A model generated the notes under the pieces. That model was given only the letters and a program-made list of their open reading frames with translations, was not told where the DNA came from and did no database searches. A program made the position numbers and the translations under genes. Of a DNA stretch of 64,000 nt, positions 18,056 to 26,727 are shown one piece after another (positions within the stretch are counted from its first letter, which is position 1; every line of letters begins with the position of its first letter). Source of the DNA: a bacterium (lineage in GTDB: Bacteria; Eisenbacteria; RBG-16-71-46; CAIMUX01); assembly GCA_030431975.1 (NCBI GenBank), contig JAUIHP010000014.1:38235-102234 (forward strand), in the 5' to 3' direction.

Positions 18056-19732
18056 TCAACGGCGGCCGGGGATCTCCAGGTGACACAGCGCACAGGAGTA
18101 GTCCCCGGCTTCCAACGCCTTCTCCGGGTCAAAGTCCGGTCCATGCGGGCTGACCGACCAACCTGTTTTCGCGGAGTGGCACTGTAGACAGTCCGTCTGC
18201 TGGTGACACGACGCGCACGCATCCAACCCCGTCCGCGCCGCGTTCGCATGATCCAACAACCACAGCGGCTCCGCATCGTGATACGACCCGGACTGGCTGC
18301 GAGTCGGCGCGATTCCCGACGACTGGTGGCAGTCGCGGCAGAATCCCTCCAGGGAGTGACAATCGACGCAACCCGGATCCCGGGAATTCGCGCTGGCCGC
18401 GTGCCGAACGAGGAAGTTCGGCGGGTGGAACCCCCCGACCGCGTTGGCTGAGGGGAAGTCCGAGCGGTGGCAGTCGATGCAGAAACTCTCGGCATGACAA
18501 ACGGAACAGTCACGATCCCGCATGTCCATGTCGGAATGGTGGTGACGGAACTCCGGCGTGTGATCGAGAGGGATCAACGGGAGAATGGGAAGCCCTTTTG
18601 CCTCGCTCGGTGCGTCGTACATAGCGGCGAAGAGAACGCTGGTTCCCTCTTCATGACAGCCGACGCAATTCGACTTCGTATGGCAGTTCGTGCACCGGGC
18701 CGGGGTCTCATTGGCAACCCGTCCGTGACTCGTCCACCAGTTCGGATCCTCATGGGTGGCCGGGGCGGGCCAGCTTCCCGGTAGATCCTGCACAAGTTCC
18801 GCAACGCGAGTGTCGGAGGACAAAGCCTGAATCGCCGCCACGCCCTCGGCGTTGAAGTGACAACGCTCGCAGCTCTCTTGCGAATGGCAGAACTGACAGG
18901 TGGAGGGATCGTCTCCGTGGTTGTGGAAGAACGACCCAGTTTGATGGGACTCCGGTTGTGGAAGAGACGCGACCCATGAACTCGGACCCTCCGTCTCCAC
19001 CAACGGGTAGTGACACATGCTGCAGTCGTTCTGCGGTTCAAAGTGGTTGGCGAGGTTCTGCTCGTGACACTCGCTGCAGTTGTCCAATGACGCCCGCGCG
19101 ATCGAGTCTACCCTTGGCGCGTCTTCTTGGCCGTCCGTGAGCGGCAGCGCCTGCGGAACCGACGCTCCGCTCGGGCTTTGATGGCAGACCGTGCAGTCGA
19201 GGACGACTCCAGCTTTCTCATCATGAGCTTTGTGATCGAATCGAAGGTTGCTCGTGCGCGGACTGCGCGTCCAGTTGACTTCCCGAAGCGTGTTCCCGTC
19301 ATGGCAGGTGCCGCAGTCCTCGGACTCAACGGTGTGGAGTTCGGGAGTTCGGCCTCTCGGGTTGTGACAGACTTCGCAGGTGGGGAAGGCACCTGCATGC
19401 ACGGAGTGGAGGAACACGTCCTGCGTACCGTCGTTGGCGCCGATGCCGGTGCCTGAGGTTTCGGTCGAAAGCGCGGCCTCTTGCTGCGCGACAGCGTCTC
19501 CGACGAGCCCGATTGGGAAGAAAAGTAGAAGAGCGAGGAAAACGGCAGTCTTGATGAAGGTCCGAAAGGACTGGGGCGGAACGATGAACTCGGACGGAAC
19601 CATGAACTCGGACGGGACCATGAACTCGGACGGAGCCAGTGACTCGGACGGAGCCGGCACGAGGGGGCATGCGGGCGTGTTCGTGGGCATAGGGCGCCCC
19701 GACTTCCGATGATTGAAAGCGAGATTCTTCAT
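18056..19732 (-). CDS. Multiheme c-type cytochrome, 16 CxxCH motifs
   Basis: 16 CxxCH counted (CEVCH, CGTCH, CTVCH, CSECH, CSMCH, CQFCH, CERCH, CTNCH, CVGCH, CSVCH, CIDCH, CVDCH, CRDCH, CASCH, CLQCH, CALCH). N-terminal hydrophobic signal/anchor; N-terminal PSEFMV x4 repeat. Confidence 0.9.
   Translation of the reverse strand: MKNLAFNHRKSGRPMPTNTPACPLVPAPSESLAPSEFMVPSEFMVPSEFIVPPQSFRTFIKTAVFLALLLFFPIGLVGDAVAQQEAALSTETSGTGIGANDGTQDVFLHSVHAGAFPTCEVCHNPRGRTPELHTVESEDCGTCHDGNTLREVNWTRSPRTSNLRFDHKAHDEKAGVVLDCTVCHQSPSGASVPQALPLTDGQEDAPRVDSIARASLDNCSECHEQNLANHFEPQNDCSMCHYPLVETEGPSSWVASLPQPESHQTGSFFHNHGDDPSTCQFCHSQESCERCHFNAEGVAAIQALSSDTRVAELVQDLPGSWPAPATHEDPNWWTSHGRVANETPARCTNCHTKSNCVGCHEEGTSVLFAAMYDAPSEAKGLPILPLIPLDHTPEFRHHHSDMDMRDRDCSVCHAESFCIDCHRSDFPSANAVGGFHPPNFLVRHAASANSRDPGCVDCHSLEGFCRDCHQSSGIAPTRSQSGSYHDAEPLWLLDHANAARTGLDACASCHQQTDCLQCHSAKTGWSVSPHGPDFDPEKALEAGDYSCALCHLEIPGRR
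19583..19655. repeat. Tandem 18-bp repeat x4 (catgaactcggacggRRcc) encoding PSEFMV repeats in the cytochrome N-terminus
   Basis: Read directly from the sequence at 19583-19655. Confidence 0.8.
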
Positions 19733-21318
19733 CGGCTCCTCCGGTCCGCGTGTCCGTAGCTGAAGCGGTACTCGATAGCCGCGCCGACCCGGAGTTGGTT
19801 CCAGTCTGCGTAGTCCGGTCGATTGTCATAGGACAAACGGTGCCAACCCGCTGAAGAGCGAAGGGAGACGTCCTGCCAACGGATTCCGCCTTCGACGCCA
19901 CCACCCCAGATCCAGTCGGTTCCGACTCGCGACTCCCGCGTCTGCTGCGTCATCAGCAGGTGAACGCCCAAGTGACCGGAGCGGTCGCCGGAGCGGCCTC
20001 CGAAGATGCGACGGGCCGAGGTCGAGGCGCGCGTTTCCGCGGCGCCGAAACCGACATCGACTCGGAAGTCCGCGCCAAGGTTCCAGGCCGGCGTGACGTA
20101 GTCCGAACCCACGTCGACCCACCATCCGTCGTCCCGATCCGGGACGGCCAGGGTCTCTTCTCCCGAGTCTTCGTAGGATCGGTAGGTCGCTGCGCCCCGG
20201 AGGGACAGCGTTCGATCCGGTCGGGAACTGGGAGTCGGAACCGACCATGTTGCAGCCAGCCGTCCCTGTGTGAATCCTACCGGTGAGAACGCTTCCCAGA
20301 TCGTCCAGAGATCGAAGTACGGACGCCGGTAACGTCCCTCGGCGACCATGTTCAGTCGCTGGTGAACTCGCGCCTGCAGACGTGCGCGAGCATCGTTCCA
20401 ACGACCAACGGCGAAGTCGTAGTCGGTGGAACCGTCTATGCTGAAGACGCCGTGGCGCAGCCGCAGGTCGAGAGCACCGCGTTCGGAATAGAGCGCACCC
20501 CGGTCGGTTCGGATCTCCCGTTGATAGAGAGCGACCAACGTGGCGAACTCGGCTGGGCGAAGGTAGAGTTCTCCGCCGATGAGGTCGGCGTCGTCGTTCG
20601 GCGCCCGCTCGTCGATTTCCTCGAGCAGGAAGCCGGTCAGGGGCTGACCCAGGCCGCGGACGAGGGAACGGCCTCCGTAGACTTCACCTTCGATACGAGG
20701 GTGCGCCCGCCAAAGTACGGAGCCACCATCGAACTCGTACCAACCGAGTCCGGCCCGTTTGGCCTGGCGCCCGGCGCGCATCCTCAGGTTCCAGCGATCG
20801 AGTTCGACATAGCCGGAAATGAAGTCGAAGTCCTGTTGGCTTTTCGGCCAAAGCGCATCGCTGCCGGTTCGGTTGCGCAGATGGACTCGACCGGACAGTC
20901 CCTGTATGTCCGTCCACCCCGTCATTTGCAGCTCGTGACTGACCGGCAGGGCCGACTCGACCTCTCCCGGTGTGTACCAGTAACAGGAGTCGCCCGGAAC
21001 GCAGGTAACGGCGGTTCCGTCCTCGAGAAGGCGGCGAGTGTCCTCTCCCTCGACTTCGCTTTCGGGGATGGCTTGGCGGTAGAGAGGGCGAGACTCGACG
21101 AACGCGACATGGCTCCGCAAGGTCCCCCGGAATCCCGAAGCCCACACGTCATCTGTGTGGGCGGAGGCAAGCCAGGCAGAGGCGATGATCAGCCCCAGAG
21201 CCACCGGACGTGGCCAAACCGAACCGGGCCAAACCGAACCCGTCACATGAGACGTCGGAAGGGAAGGCACCTGCCGGCGAGACTCCGGGCGATGAGAGAC
21301 CCATCGATGAAGGGTCAT
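19729..21318 (-). CDS. Putative outer-membrane beta-barrel (porin partner of the multiheme cytochromes, MtrB/OmbB-like role)
   Basis: Signal peptide (RPVALGLIIASAWLASA); long alternating hydrophobic/polar strands (e.g. LRVGAAIEYRFSYG). Sandwiched between two multiheme cytochrome genes. Start placed at 21318 to avoid a 66-bp overlap; the ORF extends to 21381. Confidence 0.5.
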   Translation of the reverse strand: MTLHRWVSHRPESRRQVPSLPTSHVTGSVWPGSVWPRPVALGLIIASAWLASAHTDDVWASGFRGTLRSHVAFVESRPLYRQAIPESEVEGEDTRRLLEDGTAVTCVPGDSCYWYTPGEVESALPVSHELQMTGWTDIQGLSGRVHLRNRTGSDALWPKSQQDFDFISGYVELDRWNLRMRAGRQAKRAGLGWYEFDGGSVLWRAHPRIEGEVYGGRSLVRGLGQPLTGFLLEEIDERAPNDDADLIGGELYLRPAEFATLVALYQREIRTDRGALYSERGALDLRLRHGVFSIDGSTDYDFAVGRWNDARARLQARVHQRLNMVAEGRYRRPYFDLWTIWEAFSPVGFTQGRLAATWSVPTPSSRPDRTLSLRGAATYRSYEDSGEETLAVPDRDDGWWVDVGSDYVTPAWNLGADFRVDVGFGAAETRASTSARRIFGGRSGDRSGHLGVHLLMTQQTRESRVGTDWIWGGGVEGGIRWQDVSLRSSAGWHRLSYDNRPDYADWNQLRVGAAIEYRFSYGHADRRSR

Positions 21319-23603
21319 GATCCCTCCAGGATGCGTTGCCGGTACTTGGCCGGGGAGGTCAGCATGTGACACTCGACGCAAGTCTTCGCATCGGTCTGCC
21401 GCTCTGCGACATGTTCGGAGATTCCCGTGTGGCAGGTCTGGCAGTACTCCGGTTGGGGGTGCAGCATGGAGACAATGTTTCGGTTATGACAGTCCGCGCA
21501 GTGGAAGTGCGGATTCTCGACGGAGTGCGCCGCCTGGATGTTGTATCCCGTGTGGCAGCTCGAGCAGTTGCGCCCTTCTTCGTGATGAGAGTCGTGACAT
21601 CCCGAGCAGTCTGCGGCGTCTGCAGAAACCGCCATCGTCAGTGACTGCGTATGGCATTCCTCACAGGCGACCGAGGCGTGACGAGCATGGGACCAGGCGA
21701 CGTCCCGCTCGGGTTGATTGCTTCCGAACTCGTTGCGAACGGAAACGGCCACGGTCATGGTTGTCGGTTTCTCCGGGAGTCGTTCCATCCCGGAATGACA
21801 ACGTGCACAAGCCCGGCTACCGGCGCTCTGCTGCAGGCCGTCGCCGTCGCCCGAGTTCCTCCGTTCCGCCACGGCTTTGTACTCGGCGAAGGTTTGGACG
21901 TGATGGCAGCGGTGACAATCCGTGTCGGAAACGAAGGTTTTTCCGTGGTCGGGATCGAAGGTCTTCCCGTCCTCCTGGAAGAGTTCGGCCGGTGAGTGAC
22001 ACTCGGAACAATCGGTGTCGACCGCGACGTGGGCGGCGTGCGGAAACGCGCTACCAGAACCGAGTCCGCGAGAGCCGGAACCGACTGATCCCATGCCGCC
22101 GGAGGCGACGCGGGTCGAGCGGGAAGCAACGCCAGTCGGGCCGGAGGCAGCTGCTCCGGCGCCGCTGCGGAAGGGGTCCACGTCGACCCCGTAGTGGCAG
22201 TGCATGCACTCGTTCTCCGCGACGGCAGGACCGAGTGCCGGGCGTCTCGGTGGAATGCGTCCGGCAAGGCGATAGGCCTCTTCGGTAGACTCGATGGCAT
22301 CGCGCAGGATCGCATCCGAGGTCGTGAGGTTGTGCACTCCTCCACCCTTGTCGATCCAGTCCACGAGCTCCCGGGCCCGCTCGAGAGCGGCTGTGACTTC
22401 CGTCGACGCGTTCGAACCGATGGCGTCCCCGGCCGTCTGTATGTACCTGATGCTGGCTTCGGTTCGCTGCGTCATGCCTGCGGCCCAACCCGCGGAAAGG
22501 CCGTCGAACTTCTGTCCGTGACAGCTGACGCAGCTTTCGGTCAGCCCCAGGAGGTGTCCTTCGCTTCCCTTGGCTTCGTGACAAGAGCGGCACCCGAGTC
22601 GGGCCAGGAACTTGACCGACGGTTGTGCGGAGGCGTCACCCGGGATCAAACCGGCGAAGAGAAGTTGTTGAGGCTCGTGGTAGGTGGAGTCGATCTCCGC
22701 GGAGTCGAACTCGTCCTCTGTGTGGCAGGTGCTGCAATCCAGGGAAACCGCATCGAGAAGGTTGCCGACCTCATGGGCAATCTCGGTGTGGCACCGCGCA
22801 CAGGAAGGGCCTTGTCCTCCGCTGTAGTGTGCGCGGTGGATGTCGGCTCCGGCCGTCCCCGGCTCATACCGAAGCTGAGCCCGTTCAAGAGGCTGACTCG
22901 TTCCGGCGGAGAGATGACACTCCGCGCAGGATGCGGGATCCACCGCGCCCGTTCCACGAACGACATCGAAGTGGCACTGCAGGCAGGACAAGCCGCGCTC
23001 GGTCACGGTCGCATGATTGATCGGTGGTCGGCCGATGCCGGCGGGCGCCTGGTGCAACGCGACTCCGTGACAGGTTCCGCAGTCGGACTCGGGGAGAACA
23101 GCCAGCCGAGCCGTCGTATTCGACCGGGTGTCCCGGCGTCCCGTGGCCTTGGCGCCGGTCGCAGTTCCTGTCCCGGTTCCTGCGACCTCCTCGTTGTTCC
23201 AGAAGGTGTCACCGTGACAAAGCACGCATGAACTCGTCGAGAGTCCAAGATCGATGTCTCCGCTGGAGTGCGTATGACAAGCGGAACAGTCGAGGTGCTC
23301 CTGGCCTTCGGCCCCCGGGTGCGAGATGTGGGCGAAACGTACGCCGCCCCAGACCACTTCCTCGCTCAACTCGCTCGTCGCGTGACACTGGGTGCAGGTC
23401 GTTCCGGATGCGTGTCCAGTGATGTTCGAGGCAAAGTCCGTGCTGTGGCAATCGCTGCACGCCAGATCGGCGTGCGGACGCGGCGACACCGGCGCGGCAC
23501 GATCCAGACCCGCTGTGTGATCGCCGTCCTTTGAGTTTTCGGAGCAAGCCAACAAACCCAAAGCGAGGACGGCCGCAGCGACGGATGTCCCCTGCAGTCT
23601 CAT
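21315..23603 (-). CDS. Multiheme c-type cytochrome, 21 CxxCH motifs, probable lipoprotein
   Basis: 21 CxxCH motifs counted; signal peptide with lipobox-like AVLALGLLACSEN. Confidence 0.9.
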   Translation of the reverse strand: MRLQGTSVAAAVLALGLLACSENSKDGDHTAGLDRAAPVSPRPHADLACSDCHSTDFASNITGHASGTTCTQCHATSELSEEVVWGGVRFAHISHPGAEGQEHLDCSACHTHSSGDIDLGLSTSSCVLCHGDTFWNNEEVAGTGTGTATGAKATGRRDTRSNTTARLAVLPESDCGTCHGVALHQAPAGIGRPPINHATVTERGLSCLQCHFDVVRGTGAVDPASCAECHLSAGTSQPLERAQLRYEPGTAGADIHRAHYSGGQGPSCARCHTEIAHEVGNLLDAVSLDCSTCHTEDEFDSAEIDSTYHEPQQLLFAGLIPGDASAQPSVKFLARLGCRSCHEAKGSEGHLLGLTESCVSCHGQKFDGLSAGWAAGMTQRTEASIRYIQTAGDAIGSNASTEVTAALERARELVDWIDKGGGVHNLTTSDAILRDAIESTEEAYRLAGRIPPRRPALGPAVAENECMHCHYGVDVDPFRSGAGAAASGPTGVASRSTRVASGGMGSVGSGSRGLGSGSAFPHAAHVAVDTDCSECHSPAELFQEDGKTFDPDHGKTFVSDTDCHRCHHVQTFAEYKAVAERRNSGDGDGLQQSAGSRACARCHSGMERLPEKPTTMTVAVSVRNEFGSNQPERDVAWSHARHASVACEECHTQSLTMAVSADAADCSGCHDSHHEEGRNCSSCHTGYNIQAAHSVENPHFHCADCHNRNIVSMLHPQPEYCQTCHTGISEHVAERQTDAKTCVECHMLTSPAKYRQRILEGS

Positions 23604-24463
23604 CTAAAGATCGCCCATATGACGAGTACGGCCAGGGTCAGGCCAATGGCGATGGCACTGAGTCCGATGGTCGCAGCAAACATGTAGAGCCAACGAGGCG
23701 GCGGAGCGACTTCCTTCTCAGCAAGCCTTCCTTCACGCTTCAGACGTTCATACTCCAGAGGATGTTCTTCCTCGATGTACTGATGGGTGGCCCGCCCGGT
23801 GAAGATGACCAGATCCAGGGGGAACTTGTCCGGGCGAAGCTGTCCGTTGAAGAAGTGAATCGTGAACTTGAAGACGAGGGCGAGAAGCGCTTCCAGTCCG
23901 TGAATGATGATGGCCACGTTGAAGATCCAGCCTGGGAAGAAGCGACTGAAGAACTCCGGAAACCATAGAAGAAGGCCGGTGCCGCCGATGACGGTCGTTC
24001 CCCAGGTCACCGCCCAGTAGTCGAACTTCTCCAGATAGCTGTAGCGCTCGAACTTCGGCATCGGAGCGCGCCCGAAGAAGTACCGGAACATCTGCGCCAT
24101 GTCCTTGCCGTCCTTGGCCTTTGGAATCATGGAGTTCGGTCCGGTGAAGAACTCCTTTTTGTCCTCGGCGTGGGCGAACTTCCAGATCAAAGAAGCGAAG
24201 TGAAGGAAGGCATAGGTAAAGGTGATGACGGCGCAGCATCGGTGGATGATCGCGGCGGTCCCGATTCCGCCGTGCATTCGTACGAGAAAGTGTGCCCAGG
24301 GTTCGTTGAGGAAAAGCAAGGGGAGCCCGGTCATGACCAGTCCGAAGAACGAGACGATGATCATGAGGTGCAGGATCCGCTCGAGCCTCCCGAAACGCTT
24401 GATGTAGGGCCCCGATCCCCGGTCCGAGGACGAAAGCGCGTTGGCCGCAGGGTGATGCATCAA
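23600..24463 (-). CDS. Membrane di-heme cytochrome b subunit (Ni_hydr_CYTB / FdnI-like, PF01292-like)
   Basis: 287 aa, 4-5 TM helices with conserved His (HLMIIV…, HGGIGTAAIIH, HFASLIW, IIIHGLEAL). Ends overlap the flanking multiheme cytochrome genes by 4 bp. Confidence 0.75.
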   Translation of the reverse strand: MMHHPAANALSSSDRGSGPYIKRFGRLERILHLMIIVSFFGLVMTGLPLLFLNEPWAHFLVRMHGGIGTAAIIHRCCAVITFTYAFLHFASLIWKFAHAEDKKEFFTGPNSMIPKAKDGKDMAQMFRYFFGRAPMPKFERYSYLEKFDYWAVTWGTTVIGGTGLLLWFPEFFSRFFPGWIFNVAIIIHGLEALLALVFKFTIHFFNGQLRPDKFPLDLVIFTGRATHQYIEEEHPLEYERLKREGRLAEKEVAPPPRWLYMFAATIGLSAIAIGLTLAVLVIWAIFR

Positions 24464-25953
24464 GGAGTGTCTCCCTTCGCGGACTCATCGTGGTTTCGCC
24501 GAATGAACCGGGCGCTTCGCTCGATCACGCTGCGTGACAACCAGAGCAAGGTGTGGATGCCAAAGAACGTGAAGACACACGCCAGCAGTGTCCGCATCGC
24601 GAGGTACGCGTAGTAGAGAATCGGGTAGTTCTCGCGATCGTTGCGGTTGCCGTGTGAATGATAGAGGACGAAATTCGTGTTCGCTCCTGCGTGGCACTCG
24701 CCGCAGGTGTCGACGAGGTTGGCCGGGTGGACGGTCGACTTCGGGTCATCCGCGGACAGGTTGGCGTGGGCGGTGTGACAGTCGCTGCACTTGGCGCCAA
24801 GCGGTCCGCCCAGCCGGGTGATCTTGCCGTGGTGGGTTTGATCATAGGTGGCGTAAAGCTCTTCGTGACAAGAGCCGCACTCTTCAACCACATCAGCGCG
24901 CCACGCCTCGTCCGGTGCGACGACCCCGTGAGAGGAATGGCAACTCGTGCACACCGGCGCCTCGTGTTCCGCTTCGGGGTTGGCTTCCCGTAGGGCCTTC
25001 CCGTGAGCGCTCGCCTCGACGACCTCGAGTACTCCCAGATGACAGTCTCCGCACGTCGCCATGACGTTGTTCCGGTGGACCGAGGAACGCTCGTCCACCG
25101 AGGGAAGAATGAGGTGCGGGCGGTGACAGTCGCTGCACGTTGCCGATACGGTGAGACCGGAGTTCTCTATCGCCAGGCCATGCACGGTTTCGTGATACTG
25201 CGTGGCTGCGTGCGCCGCAACGCTGTCCTCCGGGTCGCTGAAGTAGGCTTCGATGATTCGGGGATCCTCGTGGCACTCGCTACAGAGTGCCGCCTCGTTG
25301 AGTGGGTGAATCGGTGACTCCCGATCGCTGGCTGGAAGAATGCGGTGCACCGAGTGGCATCGCGCACAGTCGGGCGTGTCGGCGCCCTCGACGGTGCCGA
25401 TCCCGTCGTTCAGGACGTCGTTCAGGCGATCGTCCGAGGCGCCGTTCGGTTCGCCGCCTCTTCCGCCTGAGGAACTGTTTCCCGCGGGTTCGGTCCGACC
25501 GGTGAATCCCGGGCCGTGGACGGAGGCGTGCCACAGCGTCTGCTGATCCTCGTGGCAGTCGGCACAGGCCGCCGTCGACGTGTTCGGCTGGTGCGGGTAG
25601 GCATCGTCATAGCCCGAATGGCAGGACGTGCAAGAGAGCGAGTCGTGCGCCGAGCCGACCAGATGGGAGTCCGGCACGAGCAGAAGCGCCTCGGCCTCGC
25701 GGGACTCGCCTTTGCCGACCAGAAACTCGGCGTCCCCATGACAGCGATTGCAGTCGACCACCTGGGCATGAGCCGGACGAGTCAGGGGGGTGTTTGCCAG
25801 GCCCGGCCAGCCCAGGAGGTCTACCAAACCCACAAGGACTACGAGACCCAGAAAGAGAAGGATCGCGGTGGGGGGCGCGACCCTGGACGGGTACAGCCTC
25901 CTTGATGTCTGCCCGGTCGGAGTACGGCGTCGGAGCCTAGGACGAAGCCACAT
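24460..25953 (-). CDS. Multiheme c-type cytochrome, 11 CxxCH motifs, N-terminal membrane anchor
   Basis: 11 CxxCH motifs; N-terminal TM (AILLFLGLVVLVGLVDLLGW). First gene of the cytochrome operon. Confidence 0.9.
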   Translation of the reverse strand: MWLRPRLRRRTPTGQTSRRLYPSRVAPPTAILLFLGLVVLVGLVDLLGWPGLANTPLTRPAHAQVVDCNRCHGDAEFLVGKGESREAEALLLVPDSHLVGSAHDSLSCTSCHSGYDDAYPHQPNTSTAACADCHEDQQTLWHASVHGPGFTGRTEPAGNSSSGGRGGEPNGASDDRLNDVLNDGIGTVEGADTPDCARCHSVHRILPASDRESPIHPLNEAALCSECHEDPRIIEAYFSDPEDSVAAHAATQYHETVHGLAIENSGLTVSATCSDCHRPHLILPSVDERSSVHRNNVMATCGDCHLGVLEVVEASAHGKALREANPEAEHEAPVCTSCHSSHGVVAPDEAWRADVVEECGSCHEELYATYDQTHHGKITRLGGPLGAKCSDCHTAHANLSADDPKSTVHPANLVDTCGECHAGANTNFVLYHSHGNRNDRENYPILYYAYLAMRTLLACVFTFFGIHTLLWLSRSVIERSARFIRRNHDESAKGDTP

Positions 25954-26727
25954 CTTCTACGAGACCTCCGTTTTCAGATTCAAGAGGAGTTTCAGGGGTT
26001 CCCGGAGATGCGGCCATACGAAGATGTGCTTATTGAGTCCGAAATTCCATTGTGGGGCAGGATACGCCCCCGTAGCGAAGGGTGCTAGCGGACCGTAACC
26101 GAGGAAGCGGTAGTGATTGAGCGAGGGGTTCTCGTTCTCCGCAAGGCGCGACGACGACGGAGCTGACCCAAACGTAGGTCTCTCCACGCAAATGCCCGAG
26201 CTGAGGTATCAAAATGCCCACCTCATCCGTCCAGGAACGAGTTCGGCGGTTTGTGCTCTGGTTGGTGATCCATCCGGAAACGCCGCCCCCGATGGCCGGA
26301 TGGCTCGAGGGGAACGCCCACAACAGGGCGGTAGCATTCATTCGGGGGCGAGGCCGTTTCAACCCCGGTGGATGCGACCCTGCATCGTGTGACGGTGATC
26401 GGGGGCGGCATTTCCGGGTCTGGCGCCCCCTATCGAAGACTGCTTCGAGGCATCCGAGTCGAACCTCTCCGGGATTTCCATTCTCTCGGCGGTCGGCTTC
26501 ACAGCGTCGCCCTCTCCTGAATGCCGCCCGGAGCCCTTCCCTAGAATAAGTATGCGCGATGCTTATCCCACGATGGATCAGACTTTCTAAACCTGTATCA
26601 CCCGCTGCGTCGAGCCAGTCCTTATGAAGCCTCGAGAAAGGTCTCGGGGAACGAACGATACCGGCAGGTCCGGCCGACGCCGTCCGCTCGGAGTGGCTGT
26701 CAAAGGCCGGACAAGGGGGACCGAGGA

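Noticed and set aside
26440-26470. tRNA T-loop-like GGTTCGACTCGG on the minus strand in the large intergenic region
   Set aside because: Flanking sequence cannot form a T-stem or acceptor stem; no cloverleaf, so not a tRNA or tmRNA.
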